61,830 nt of DNA from Candidatus Fervidifonticultor quintus (GCA_031459535.1 JAVKIJ010000002.1:1-61830), one strand, 5' to 3'; positions 29,483-39,896 are shown, numbered from the stretch's first letter. The notes: a model not told the origin generated them from the sequence alone. Program-made: numbers and translations.

Positions 29483-30331
29483 TCACAGTCGCCCGAAGAA
29501 CGCCAGATACTCGGCACGCAGAAAACGCTCCATGAGCACCAGCAAGACCACCCCGGGCGCCATCAGCACCAGCGCCGTCACCGACGCAATCTGCATCTCG
29601 TAGCCCAGGCTGGCCGTGTACATGTAGACCGGCAACGTGGTCACGTAGGGCGCGCCCACCAGCAGCGTGCCGGTGAACTCATCCAGGGAGTAGATGAACA
29701 CCAGAATGGCGCTGGCCACGATGCCCGGGGTTGCCAGCGGCAGGGCGATGCGGAAGAAGGTGTGCGTCATCGAGGCGCCCAGGTTGATGGCAGCCTCTTC
29801 CAGGTCCTCCCCGATCGAGCGGAAGACCGCGGTCATGGTCCACACGGCATAGACCAGCCCCCCTACTAGGTGGATCAGCACCACGCCGGGCACTGTGCCG
29901 GCCAGGTTCCACCGGTAGAAGAGCACGGCGGCGCTGGCGAACACCGGTAGCTGCGGGAACGCCTGGGGGAGCAGGAAGAGCATGAGCACCACCGGCCCCA
30001 GCGGCAGCCGCTTCCGGGCCGCCGCATAGCTGACCGGAATGGCGGTCACGAGAGCCAGGGTCGTCGTGATAATGGCGATGGTCACACCTCGCACGAGCGC
30101 GCCGAACAGGTCACCCCGGGTGATGCGGGCCCAGTACTTCAGCCCGACCGCCTGGGGGACCAGGGCGGGCCAGTGCCAGCGCTCAGCGACCGACCACACC
30201 ACGAGACCTGCCAGAGGACCCACGATGACCGCGCACAACAGCGCCACCAGGGCCGCGCGCGCGGCCATGACCAGGAGCCCCGGATGGCGCGCGGCTGCGG
30301 GAGTGAAGGCCTCGGCCGCGTGGGTACTCAC
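29483..30331 (-). CDS. ABC permease
   Basis: LEEAAINLGA, FIYSLDEF; GTG overlaps upstream stop. Confidence 0.9.
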   Translation of the reverse strand: MSTHAAEAFTPAAARHPGLLVMAARAALVALLCAVIVGPLAGLVVWSVAERWHWPALVPQAVGLKYWARITRGDLFGALVRGVTIAIITTTLALVTAIPVSYAAARKRLPLGPVVLMLFLLPQAFPQLPVFASAAVLFYRWNLAGTVPGVVLIHLVGGLVYAVWTMTAVFRSIGEDLEEAAINLGASMTHTFFRIALPLATPGIVASAILVFIYSLDEFTGTLLVGAPYVTTLPVYMYTASLGYEMQIASVTALVLMAPGVVLLVLMERFLRAEYLAFFGRL

Positions 30332-31149
30332 CGCGACACCGCCCGCAGGTAGTAGTAAGCGGCCCCCGAGGCCAGCAGGTACGAGACCACTCCGAGCGCG
30401 CTGGCCACGCCGAAGTCGCCGTGCTGGCCGAATCGGTAGTAGAGATCGATCATGAGCATCTGGGGCCCCGAGCCCCGGCTCATCATCAGCGGAATCGAGA
30501 ACGACGCCAGCATGGAGGTCAGGGCGAGGACGGCCGCCAGGGCAATGGACGATGCCGACATCGGCACCAGCACCGCCCAGATCTGCCTGACGGTTCCCGC
30601 GCCGAACCCTCGCGCAGCCTCCAGATACGACTCGTCGACGGCGCGGAAGGCCCCCATCAGCAGGAGCACGATCAGGGCCAGGTGCTTCCATGCCAGGGCG
30701 ATGGCCAGGCCGAGCCAATCCTGACCGAACCCCAGGCTGGCGTCGGCGGAGACCAGCCCCAGCGCGTGCAGCACGGAGAGCAGCGTACCACGCGGAGCCA
30801 GGAAGATCCGCATAGCGTGCCCCACGACCACGAAGGGCACGAACAGCGGCACCTTGAGCAGGAACTCCACGGTCGCGGCGGCGTACAGCCGCAGATAGCC
30901 CGCCAGCGGAATGCCCACGCCGAAGGTCACGACCAGACCTGCGGCGGCCACCAGCACCGTGTAGATCACGTCCTGTCCGTACAGCCGGTACACCAGCCCG
31001 TAGTTGGCCAGGGTCACGCGGCCGTCGCGTACAAACGAGGCCGCCAGGGACTGGAGGAGGGGCACGCCGAACCCCACGACGATCACCGCGGTGGCGGGGA
31101 CCGCCGCCATCCACCAGAGGAACTGCTCGACCGGCCGAGCGCGTGGCAC
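30328..31149 (-). CDS. ABC permease
   Basis: YLEAARGFGA EAA loop; 6 TM. Confidence 0.9.
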   Translation of the reverse strand: MPRARPVEQFLWWMAAVPATAVIVVGFGVPLLQSLAASFVRDGRVTLANYGLVYRLYGQDVIYTVLVAAAGLVVTFGVGIPLAGYLRLYAAATVEFLLKVPLFVPFVVVGHAMRIFLAPRGTLLSVLHALGLVSADASLGFGQDWLGLAIALAWKHLALIVLLLMGAFRAVDESYLEAARGFGAGTVRQIWAVLVPMSASSIALAAVLALTSMLASFSIPLMMSRGSGPQMLMIDLYYRFGQHGDFGVASALGVVSYLLASGAAYYYLRAVSR

Positions 31150-31217
31150 CGTTCGCCCCTATCCCGTCCGGTCGAGCCCCGTCATCGGTCTCGCCCTGCC
31201 GCCCGTGATCGCCGCCG

Positions 31218-32390
31218 TTATCGGACGATCTCCTCGTAGGCCAGGAGGATGGCGTCGTAGTACTCGCCGATGGGCATCTGCTGGGAGTAGCGTGCCAGGT
31301 CTTCGGGCGTCACGCCCCTGAACAGCAGAGCCCTGGCCGCGGGCGACACCAGCGGCATCACCCGGTTGGGATCGATCCCGGGATACCACCCGAACTGCTC
31401 CACGATGACCTTGGCCTGGATCTGCGGGTTGGCCACCAGGTCGATGTACTTGGCCGCCCAGTCGCGGTTGGCCGCCTCCCGGGGTACCGTCAGGTACAGC
31501 GGATAGATGGGCAGCCCCGGGGCAATGAGGACCGGGGTGATCTCGGGGTTCATGCGGCCCTCGTTCTTCCAGGCCACGAGCTGGTCCACCCACACGGCCC
31601 CCATCCAGATCTCGGCCCGGTTCAGCGCGTCCAGCGTGCCGGCGTTCCCCGAGGTGATGACCACGTTCCTGTTGAACTCGCGGAGCTGCTCGATGGCGCC
31701 CCGGATGATCCCGTCGTTCGCCTTGTCGAACGGCCCCTGGGTGAACAGATCGTACCGGCCCGTCTTGTAGAAGACCCAGGCCATGACGAAGCCGATGCCG
31801 GATACACCGCCCTTGATCCCGTTGTAGCCGAAGCGTCTTGGGTTGGCCCGCACCCATGCTTCCAACTCTGCAAACGTCCGGGGCGGCTTGGACACGAACT
31901 GCGGGTTGTAGGCGATGGCGATCTGGTTCTTGAACATGGGGACCACGTAGCCTTTGACGTCAACGCCAAACGCGCGTACGGTGTCGGGGCCCACCACATA
32001 CGGGGCGAACTGCATCTCCGGCACATAGCGATGCAGGAGGTGCTCCCGCACCATCTGTGATGCGTACCGCATGGACACCAGAGCCACGTCAATGTCCCAG
32101 TTGCGGCGGCCGGCATCTGCCTGGGCCTTCAGCTTGGTGTAGATCGCGCGGCTGGCCGCCTCACCGGTCCCCGTGCCCACCGCGTGGACCGTTACGTGCG
32201 GGTTGTTCTTGCTGAAGGCGACGCCCAGGAAGTTGCGGTGCACCTCGACCACGTTGACGTCGGCCGCGATGGCCACCTGGAGCGTCACGCGTGCCTGCCC
32301 GAATCCGGGCTGGATGGTCGCGGCAAGCACCACCAGCGCCGCCATCAGACCCACCGTCCACTTCGTCACCCTCGTGCCAGCGCTTCGCAC
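31218..32390 (-). CDS. ABC substrate-binding protein (YnjB/PotD-like)
   Basis: Signal peptide; AIAYNP..PPRTFAELEAWVRANPRRFGY. Confidence 0.85.
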   Translation of the reverse strand: MRSAGTRVTKWTVGLMAALVVLAATIQPGFGQARVTLQVAIAADVNVVEVHRNFLGVAFSKNNPHVTVHAVGTGTGEAASRAIYTKLKAQADAGRRNWDIDVALVSMRYASQMVREHLLHRYVPEMQFAPYVVGPDTVRAFGVDVKGYVVPMFKNQIAIAYNPQFVSKPPRTFAELEAWVRANPRRFGYNGIKGGVSGIGFVMAWVFYKTGRYDLFTQGPFDKANDGIIRGAIEQLREFNRNVVITSGNAGTLDALNRAEIWMGAVWVDQLVAWKNEGRMNPEITPVLIAPGLPIYPLYLTVPREAANRDWAAKYIDLVANPQIQAKVIVEQFGWYPGIDPNRVMPLVSPAARALLFRGVTPEDLARYSQQMPIGEYYDAILLAYEEIVR

Positions 32391-32411
32391 CGTTCATTCC
32401 TCCTCCCCGGT

Positions 32412-32933
32412 CTAGGATTGCTCTTCGAGCCTTGCGCCCCCGGCGCCGGTCCGTCGCCGTGCTGCGGCGTCCCAGGCCCAGTCCACCGCCGCCTCTGGCG
32501 TGGGCGCGCGCAGGACGGGATCACCCTCGACACCTGGGCGGCGCAGTTCCCAGGTCTGCAGGCCGATGACCGGCACGCCGAACTGGAGCGCGTACGCGAT
32601 CTCCGACAGCGTCCCGTAGGCGCCGCCCACGGCCACCAGTGCCTCCGCAGTGCGGGCGATGATGACGTTGCGCGCCTCCCCCATCCCCGTGACAATGGGG
32701 ATCGTCACGAACTCGTTGCCGCTCGCGGCGCTGGAACCCGGAAGGATGCCCACGACGATCCCGCCCGCCGCCGCAGCGCCCCTGGACGCGGCCTCCATGA
32801 CCCCCTCCATGCCGCCGCAGATCAGGATGCCGCCCCGCCGGGCGATCTCCCGCCCGACCTCCTCGGCGGCTTGCAGCATCGCCGCTGAGGCGCGCCGCTC
32901 GCCGATCACCCCGATGCGCACCAGGCTACTCAC
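32412..32933 (-). CDS. TIGR00725 / LOG-like Rossmann-fold protein
   Basis: ICGGMEGVMEAA, TGMGEARNVI, GGAYGTLSEIAYA. Confidence 0.9.
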   Translation of the reverse strand: MSSLVRIGVIGERRASAAMLQAAEEVGREIARRGGILICGGMEGVMEAASRGAAAAGGIVVGILPGSSAASGNEFVTIPIVTGMGEARNVIIARTAEALVAVGGAYGTLSEIAYALQFGVPVIGLQTWELRRPGVEGDPVLRAPTPEAAVDWAWDAAARRRTGAGGARLEEQS

Positions 32934-33630
32934 GGTATACCTCGTAGCAGTAGTCCACGGGCACATCGCCGTCCGCAAAGGCCGTCCCTTCCACGATCAG
33001 CACCGGCGCACGGGGCGCGATGCCCAACAGCCTAGCCTCCGACGGCGTCGGCGTACCCGCGCGGTACGACCGATCGCACCGCGTGAAGCGGAACCCGTAC
33101 TTCCGCTGCATGACCAGATAGAGGGAGTCCGCCTCCAGGTCCAGGCGCTCCAGACCGGGGCAGCGGCGGAGCGGCACGTGCGAGACGTTGTAGGCGATGG
33201 GTTGCCCGTGCACCAGCCGCAGGCGGCGGACCTGCAGGACCTGTTCGCCCGGGCGCAAGTGGAGGGCGCGGCGGATCGGTTCGCGGGGCACCATGCGCCG
33301 TGCGCCCAGCAGCCGGTTATCCACCTCCAACCCCCGCGAGCGCATCTCCTCGGTGAATGAGAGCACGGTCCAGAACCGGCGCAGCGCCCGGGGGCGCGTC
33401 ACGAAGGTGCCGCGCCCGTGGTCGCGGCGCAGGAAACCTTCCTTCACCAGTTCCGCCACCGCCTGCCGCACTGTCATCTTGCTGACGCCGAACTGCGCCA
33501 CGAGCTCCTGCTCCGACGGCAGCCGGTAGCCCTCGGTGAATCCGTCGCGCTGGATCCACCGCATCAGGCCCGCCTTCACCTGCAAGTACTTGGGCAGGCG
33601 CGAGCGGGGGTCGACCGGGGGGATCGTCAT
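32926..33630 (-). CDS. GntR family regulator, HutC/UTRA subfamily
   Basis: LPSEQEL..FGVSKMTVRQA, GRGTFV, UTRA-type C-terminus. Confidence 0.93.
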   Translation of the reverse strand: MTIPPVDPRSRLPKYLQVKAGLMRWIQRDGFTEGYRLPSEQELVAQFGVSKMTVRQAVAELVKEGFLRRDHGRGTFVTRPRALRRFWTVLSFTEEMRSRGLEVDNRLLGARRMVPREPIRRALHLRPGEQVLQVRRLRLVHGQPIAYNVSHVPLRRCPGLERLDLEADSLYLVMQRKYGFRFTRCDRSYRAGTPTPSEARLLGIAPRAPVLIVEGTAFADGDVPVDYCYEVYRE

Positions 33631-33635
33631 ATCTC

Positions 33636-33692
33636 CTAGACGTCTAGATGTCTTTCACCTCACACCATGCCCGCGCCGGCCCCCGCTGTCAA
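33636..33692 (-). promoter_or_regulatory. GntR operon promoter with HutC-type palindromic operator
   Basis: TTGACA-N17-CATGGT; near-palindrome AGACGTCTAGATGTCT (33638-33653) next to the start codon. Confidence 0.7.
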
Positions 33693-33811
33693 GGGGGCAA
33701 CCCCGCGCCCACGGGCGAGCTCCTGGACTCGGCCCCCTCCTGACAGCCCGCGAATCTGCTACTCTAGGTCGCGAGTGCGTCTGGCGTGTCGCCTCAGTGA
33801 GGAGGGGGAGG

Positions 33812-35341
33812 ATGGTATCCTGGTGCTCGCGCGGATGGGAAGTGGTCCTTGCAGCTCTGAGCATGGTCCTGATTACCCTGACGCTCGAGCCTCTCTGGCT
33901 CGGTGCGCAGCCGAGGCCGGCCCAGACGCTGCGCATCGCTCTGGCGTCGGACGTTAACACCCTGGATCCCCACATGACGGCCACGGTGGGCACCGACCTG
34001 AGTGTCATCAGTCACATCTACACCAGCCTGGTGATTCGCGCGCCTGACCTCTCGTTGCGCCCGGCCGCAGCTACATCCTGGCGCGTCGTCTCCGACCACG
34101 TCTGGCGCTTCACTCTGCGCGATGGCATCACGTTCGAGAACGGCGAGCGACTCACCGCCCAGGCCGTCAAGTGGAACATCGACCGGGTGCGAGCCCCGGA
34201 GACCCGGGCGCGCATCCGGCCGTGGTTCGACCTCGTCGACGAAGTTCGCGTGATCGACACCCGTACGGTGGACATCGTCACCAGAACACCCTATCCTGCG
34301 CTGCCAGATCAGCTCTCGATGTTCTTCCTCCTTCCGCCCGAGTGGGCGTTGAAAACCAGCCCGGCCGCGCAAGCGATGGGGAGCGGGCCGTACCGATTGC
34401 GGGAGTGGGTGCGGGACGACCGCATTGTCTTGGAGGCGAACCCCGCGTACTGGGGACCCAAGCCGGCGTTCCAGACCGTGATCTTCCGGGCGATTCCCGA
34501 AGCCTCAAGTCGGGTGGCCGCCCTGCTGGCCGGAGATGTGGACGTCATTACCGGCGTCGCGCCCACGGACTTCGGGAGGATCAGTGCGAATCCGGCCACG
34601 GCGGTGGGGGCCACGGTGAGCATCCGGAGCGCGTTCGTCAAGTTCAATACGCTGCGGAAACCGCTGGACGACGTCCGCGTCCGACAGGCCCTGAACTACG
34701 CCGTGGACAAGGACGCCCTGGTGCGGAACCTGCTGGGCAACCTGACCTCCAAGAGCAACTGCCAGGTCCTGACCCCGGCATACTTCGGCTATAATCCGGA
34801 CCTCAGGCCCTATCCCTACGACCCCGCTAAAGCCAGGGAGTTGCTGCAGGCCGCGGGTCTCGCGGGCGGATTCGAGGTCGACTACGACGTACCAACAGGC
34901 GTCTATCTGCTCGGTGAGGTGCTCTCTCAGGCGATCGCGGGGCAACTGGAGCGCGTAGGGGTGCGGCCCAGGATCACCGAGATGCCATTCTCGGTGTACA
35001 TGAACAAGTATCTCCCGCAGCGGAATCTGGCGCCGATGTCATACCTGACCCAGGCATGGCCCACGATCGACGCCGACGGCCTGCTGTCGCTGTTCGAGGA
35101 AGGCAACCAGTACGCCTACTGGAACGATACGACGTTCAAGAACCTGCTCGCGAGCGCCCGCTCAACCCATGACCGGTCCAGACGCCTGTCCCTGTACAAG
35201 CAGGCCACTGAGCGGATGTGCGAGCAGGCCCCGGTGATCTTCCTGTTCCCGCAACCTGCCACATATGGCGTCCGACGGACGCTCGACTGGAAGGCGCGGC
35301 CGGACGACTGGGTCCGCGCCATGGATGTCCAGCCGCGCTAG
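33812..35341 (+). CDS. ABC substrate-binding protein family 5 (peptide/nickel), stand-alone
   Basis: TLDPH, WRFTLRDGITFENG, GSGPY, DVRVRQALNYAVDK. Confidence 0.92.
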   Translation: MVSWCSRGWEVVLAALSMVLITLTLEPLWLGAQPRPAQTLRIALASDVNTLDPHMTATVGTDLSVISHIYTSLVIRAPDLSLRPAAATSWRVVSDHVWRFTLRDGITFENGERLTAQAVKWNIDRVRAPETRARIRPWFDLVDEVRVIDTRTVDIVTRTPYPALPDQLSMFFLLPPEWALKTSPAAQAMGSGPYRLREWVRDDRIVLEANPAYWGPKPAFQTVIFRAIPEASSRVAALLAGDVDVITGVAPTDFGRISANPATAVGATVSIRSAFVKFNTLRKPLDDVRVRQALNYAVDKDALVRNLLGNLTSKSNCQVLTPAYFGYNPDLRPYPYDPAKARELLQAAGLAGGFEVDYDVPTGVYLLGEVLSQAIAGQLERVGVRPRITEMPFSVYMNKYLPQRNLAPMSYLTQAWPTIDADGLLSLFEEGNQYAYWNDTTFKNLLASARSTHDRSRRLSLYKQATERMCEQAPVIFLFPQPATYGVRRTLDWKARPDDWVRAMDVQPR

Positions 35342-35441
35342 GCAGGCGTCAGACTTGCGACGGAGCCGGGCACGACCCCCGGCGCTTCGTCCGTCAGGGA
35401 ACGAACGGGGCAGTCGAGCCATGGAGGAGGACTGGCAGCGC

Positions 35442-35930
35442 ATGGCTGGTCAGGACACAGGGAAAGTCGTCGACATCTACATCGCCCCACAGGCAGGGGC
35501 GCTGCCCCGCAGCGTGCCGAAGGTCACCGCCGTCGCCGGCCGCGGGCTCGAGGGGGACCGCTACGCCGCAGGGATCGGGACGTGGTCGGACCGGCCCGGC
35601 GGCGGGCGGCAGGTGACCCTGATCGCGCGGGAAGATCTGGATGCCGTCGCCCGTGACGCGGGCATTCGACTCCATCCGGCGGCATCGCGCCGCAACATTC
35701 TGACAGCCGGCATTGACCTGAGGACGCTGGTCGGCAAGACGTTCTGGGTGGGCGAGGTCCTCTGTCGGGGCGTTCGCCTGTGCGAACCGTGCAGCTATCT
35801 CGAAGAGAAAACGCAGCCTGGTGTGCTCAACGCCTTCGTGCACAGGGCGGGACTGCGGGCCGACATTCTCCAGGGAGGGGAAATCGCGGTTGGTGATTCC
35901 ATCCGGGGCAACGACGAGGGTGGCGAGTAG
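35442..35930 (+). CDS. MOSC domain protein
   Basis: GLEGDRY, RQVTLI, RRNILT, CEPCSYL, GLRADI; SD GGAGGAGG. Confidence 0.9.
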   Translation: MAGQDTGKVVDIYIAPQAGALPRSVPKVTAVAGRGLEGDRYAAGIGTWSDRPGGGRQVTLIAREDLDAVARDAGIRLHPAASRRNILTAGIDLRTLVGKTFWVGEVLCRGVRLCEPCSYLEEKTQPGVLNAFVHRAGLRADILQGGEIAVGDSIRGNDEGGE

Positions 35931-35971
35931 TTCCGCCCTGCGCAGGCGTAGGTGCAAATTGCGCCTGGCTT

Positions 35972-36049
35972 TGGTGCCCCCAGCGGGATTCGAACCCGCG
36001 TTACCGGCTTGAAAGACCGGCGTCCTGGGCCTGCCTAGACGATGGGGGC
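35972..36049 (-). tRNA. tRNA-Glu(TTC)
   Basis: GCCCCCA acceptor, anticodon loop CTTTCAA, GGTTCGAATCC, encoded CCA. Confidence 0.97.
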
Positions 36050-36161
36050 GACTCGACCGTTAGCAGTATATCACCTGTAAGGACGCTGCGCTGCGCCTTG
36101 CAGGGCGCGCGGCGGCGGCCCCATTCAACCGATCAACCCACTGCAGGCGATCTCGTGTCGT

Positions 36162-37546
36162 TCATCCCGTCTGCCCCGCTCCGAACCGCTCCAGGAACGC
36201 CGCCACCGAGCGCTCGAACAGCCGCATCCCCTCCAGCGTCGCGTACTCGTCGGGGCTGTGGGGGCGGCCGCCGTGGCCCAACCCACCCATCACGAACGGC
36301 ATCCCCAGCACCTGCGAGAACAGGTACATGGGCGCGCTCCCGGCCAGGCGTAGGGTTCGACCCCTTGGCTGCGGATCGCGGCCACCAGCGCCTGCACCAC
36401 CGGGCTCGTCCACGGCGTGCGCGCCCACGGATAGGCCTGCCAGAGGTCGATCTGGACGTCGTCGAAGCCGCCCGCGTCGATGTGACGGCGCAGACACGCC
36501 AGCGTTCGGTCGACGCCCATGCGCGGGACCAACCGCACGTCCACCCGCGCGCGGGCCTCGCGCGGCAGGACCGTCTTGGATCCGGGCCCGACCCACCCAG
36601 TGGTCAATCCGTCGATGTTCAGGGTGGGCAGGGTCAGGTAATTGCGCAGCAGCGATGCGCCGTGCTGCCCTTCGAATTTGAACCGGCGTGCGTCGTGCGC
36701 GGCCAGCACTTCGCGCTCGTCCCACACGTCGGCCAGCCGCTCGAGCAGGCGTTCCTCGTCCGCGTCGAGGTCGGCCACCTCGTCGTAGAACCCCTCAATC
36801 AGCACCTGCTCGTCCCGGCCCATCATCGAGGTCAGCGCCTGCAGCAGCCGCCAGGCCGGGCTGGCGATCCACACCGCGTGGCTGCCGTGGATGCTGCGCT
36901 GCTCAGGACCGCCCCACGCGCCACCCCGACAGACGAACTCCATGAACATGATGCCTTTCACGCCGAGATAGAGGTTGGCGATGCCGCGGGGATCCTGTCC
37001 GTAGAATGCGAAATAGGCCGCGTCCGCGCGCAGCCGGTCCCGGTGCGCCTCGACGAACCGCGGCAGGTGCCGGCTGCCGAGTTCTTCCTCTCCCTCGATC
37101 ATGAAGATCACGTTGACCGGCGGGGTCCGGCCCAGGGCGCGGTAGGCCCCGAGCACGTTGAGAAACCCCGCCATCGGGCCCTTGGAATTGAAGACGCCGC
37201 GGGCCACCAGCGAGCGGCCGTGCACCGGCAGCTCGACGATCTCGCCGGCAAAGGGCGGGACGGTCCACGCCTCGCCGTCGGCCGGCTGGACGTCGTACAT
37301 GCCATAGAACAACAGGGTCCTGGCCGCGCCGGCGTCCAGGCGTCCCCAGACTACCGGATGCCCCTCGGTGGGAATGCGTTCAGCCGTCCCCCCAATTTCG
37401 TGGATGCGTCGCGCCACCAGGTCGGCCATCGCCGCGATCCCGGTGCCGTCGGCACTGATGCTGGGCTGGCGGACGAAGCGGCGGACCTGCTCGAGGTGCT
37501 CGGCCTGATGGGCGTCCACGTACGCGAGAACGTCGGCTTCCGACAC
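36162..37546 (-). pseudogene. M20/M25/M40 metallo-hydrolase (dipeptidase-like) with a frameshift near 36345
   Basis: YGMYDVQP, RGVFNSKG, EGEEE in one frame; C-terminal GSAPMY..HSPDEY in another frame. Confidence 0.8.
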
Positions 37547-37598
37547 GGCTGTCCCCCTCACCGCTGGGATGGAGCGGCTTCCGGACGCCGCCGCTAGG

Positions 37599-38408
37599 CT
37601 AGAACGGCCCCCGGACGGCGCCGCCGTCCACCTGGAACGTCCCGCCAGTGATGAAACTGGCTCGCTCCGAGACCAGGAACACCGCCAGACTGGCGAACTC
37701 GACCGGCTGTCCCAGCCGTCCCAACGGAATCTGCGACACCCATAGCCGGCGCTCGGCCTCATCGAACGGGATGTGCTCGCGGTCGGCGTACCCCTGGGTC
37801 AGCTCTTTCAAACGATCGGTGGCAATCGGCCCGGGGCAGATGCTGTTCACCAGGATGTTGTACGGCGCGAGCTCGAGCGCCTGGGTCTTGGCCAGGCCTA
37901 CGACCGCCAGCCGGACCGCGTTCGAGAGCCCCAGATTCGGCTGCGGCTGCTTGACCGCAAACGACGTGACGTGGAGGATGCGACCCCACCGCTGGCGCTG
38001 CATGGACGGGATCACGCCGCGGCAGAGGCGGACGACGCCCATCAGCAGCGTCTGCACCGCTCCGTCCCACTGGGCCTCGGTGAGCGAGGCCACCGAGCCA
38101 GCGGGCGGGCCGCCGGCATTGGTCACCAGGATGTCCACGCGGCCCCACCGATCGAGGGCTCCGCCAACCAGCCTGTCGGTATCGTCGGCGCGACAGACAT
38201 CGGCGGCCACGGGGACGGCCTGTCCGCCTGCCGCCCTGGTGGCACGGCTGTCGTTGACGGCGGCGGCAGCGGCCGTCACCGCGGCGTCGGTGCGCGCGCA
38301 CATGACCACGGTCGCGCCCTCAGCCGCCAGCCCCTCGGCGATCGCGCGGCCCAACCCCCGGCTCGCGCCCGAGACGATCGCAATCTTCCCCTGCAGTCCC
38401 AGATCCAC
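37599..38408 (-). CDS. Short-chain dehydrogenase/reductase
   Basis: SGASRGLG, VTNAGGP, SNAVR (atypical, no YxxxK), NSICPG. Confidence 0.92.
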   Translation of the reverse strand: MDLGLQGKIAIVSGASRGLGRAIAEGLAAEGATVVMCARTDAAVTAAAAAVNDSRATRAAGGQAVPVAADVCRADDTDRLVGGALDRWGRVDILVTNAGGPPAGSVASLTEAQWDGAVQTLLMGVVRLCRGVIPSMQRQRWGRILHVTSFAVKQPQPNLGLSNAVRLAVVGLAKTQALELAPYNILVNSICPGPIATDRLKELTQGYADREHIPFDEAERRLWVSQIPLGRLGQPVEFASLAVFLVSERASFITGGTFQVDGGAVRGPF

Positions 38409-39228
38409 TGCGCGCTCCTCCCAACTGTGGAATCCAGATCACGCTGCCACGAAAGGCGGCGAGTCGTGACTTGGCGACCGGAACATGTGTCTCCTGCCCG
38501 TCATCGAGCAGCGCCGTGTGTACATGCCGTGACCATGGCACCAGTGCCGCCACCCGCGACATGTTCACCAGGAAGGCTCGGTGCGTGCGCAGGAAACCCC
38601 AGGGCGCCAGCATCGCTTCCAGTCGTCCCAGGGAGAGACGGAATCGGAAAACTCCACGGTCGGTGTGGACGTGGGCCTCGCCGCCGCGAGCCTCCACGAA
38701 CCGAATGGCCCCGGGGGCCAGTGCGGCGCGATGATCGCCGGCAGGAACGTAGACACGGGGCACAGGCGGGGCGGCCAGCGGCGGGGCTGAGGGCACTGGG
38801 GGCCCGTCGGGTGTCGCGCGCAGACCCATGGCGTGGGCGGCCGGCCGGGGGCGGACCCTCCTCCCCAGCCGTGCCCGCACCCGGCGTACCGCCTGGGCGA
38901 CCCGCTCGGCCGACAGCGGCTTGACCAGGTAGTCCGCCGCGCCCACCTCGAAGGCCGCGCTCGCATACTCGGTGTATCCGGTGGTGAAGACGACATTGGG
39001 CGGGCTGCCCAGACGCCTGGCGACCTCGAGCCCCTCGAGGTCCGGCATGCGGACATCCAGGCAGATGATGCCGGGGCGGACGCGAGCGACCGCGGCCAGC
39101 ACGTCCAGGCCGGCGGCGCACTCGGCCACGGTCTCCACGTGCGCGCGCTCCAGCAGCACGCGCAGGTGCGCCCGCGCGCCGTCCTCGTCATCGGCGATCA
39201 GCGCCCGCAGGGGCTGCGGCTGGCTCAT
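38320..39228 (-). CDS. LytTR family response regulator
   Basis: IADDE, LDVRMP, FTTGY, DYLVKP receiver; FLRTHRAFLVN LytTR; 3' end overlaps the SDR start. Confidence 0.88.
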   Translation of the reverse strand: MSQPQPLRALIADDEDGARAHLRVLLERAHVETVAECAAGLDVLAAVARVRPGIICLDVRMPDLEGLEVARRLGSPPNVVFTTGYTEYASAAFEVGAADYLVKPLSAERVAQAVRRVRARLGRRVRPRPAAHAMGLRATPDGPPVPSAPPLAAPPVPRVYVPAGDHRAALAPGAIRFVEARGGEAHVHTDRGVFRFRLSLGRLEAMLAPWGFLRTHRAFLVNMSRVAALVPWSRHVHTALLDDGQETHVPVAKSRLAAFRGSVIWIPQLGGARSGSGTAGEDCDRLGREPGVGPRDRRGAGG

Positions 39229-39896
39229 GGCCGGACGTCGGCGACCGTGGCCGGCAGGCTGATCACCGCCAGCGTCCCGCCCGCCCGGCTGAGCAGGCGC
39301 AGGCGGGCCGCGGGGCCCCACAGCGCATCCAGGCGCACACGCGCGGCGGTTAGTCCCCATCCCGGCCGGCCGCCCGGGCTGTGCACGCCGGGCCCGTTGT
39401 CCCCGACTGCCAGGATCAGGCGGCCGTCGCGCAGGCGCGCCGCAATGCGCACGCAGCCCCCGGTGGCGCGGCGGGCGATGCCGTGCCTGATGGCGTTCTC
39501 CACCAGCGCGTGCACCACCAGCGGCGGGACCATCGCCGCCATCGCCTCGGGCGGGCATGCGATCTCCAGCCGCAGCCGACTGCCCAGGCGCGCGCGCTCT
39601 ACCCCCACGAGCATCAACACCGCCTGCAGCTCGTCGGCGAGGCGGGTCAGCGGGCGTGTCGGCTGGAGCTGCGCCCGCAGGCAAACGGCAACAAAGGACA
39701 GCAGGTCCTCGGCTGCGCGGGGGCGACGGCGGAGCAAGAGGGCCGCCACGCTCAGCGTGTTGGCGAGCAGGTGCGCCTGGGCTTGACTGTTCAAAATCGG
39801 CAGAAGCCTGAGGCTGCGCCGGACCGGGTGGGCGGCGCGCCGCTGATTCAACATCGCTGGCCCCCTGCCACGAGCCTGCATCGTCGAGGCTCGCAC
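39225..39896 (-). CDS. LytS/YehU-type histidine kinase core without sensor or TM domain
   Basis: QAQAHLLANTL H-box, LVENAIRHG, DNGPG, GWGL. Confidence 0.8.
   Translation of the reverse strand: MRASTMQARGRGPAMLNQRRAAHPVRRSLRLLPILNSQAQAHLLANTLSVAALLLRRRPRAAEDLLSFVAVCLRAQLQPTRPLTRLADELQAVLMLVGVERARLGSRLRLEIACPPEAMAAMVPPLVVHALVENAIRHGIARRATGGCVRIAARLRDGRLILAVGDNGPGVHSPGGRPGWGLTAARVRLDALWGPAARLRLLSRAGGTLAVISLPATVADVRP

Noticed and set aside
16165-36049. Three tRNAs as possible integration sites for islands or prophage
   Set aside because: No integrase, phage genes or duplicated tRNA 3' ends seen in the window
36325-36365. Programmed ribosomal frameshift in the M20 peptidase
   Set aside because: No slippery heptamer, and residues appear to be missing relative to the family; deletion or assembly collapse is simpler
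38320-38408. 89-bp overlap of LytTR and SDR as a functional dual-coding region
   Set aside because: The LytTR domain ends before the overlap; the tail looks like read-through after a lost stop codon
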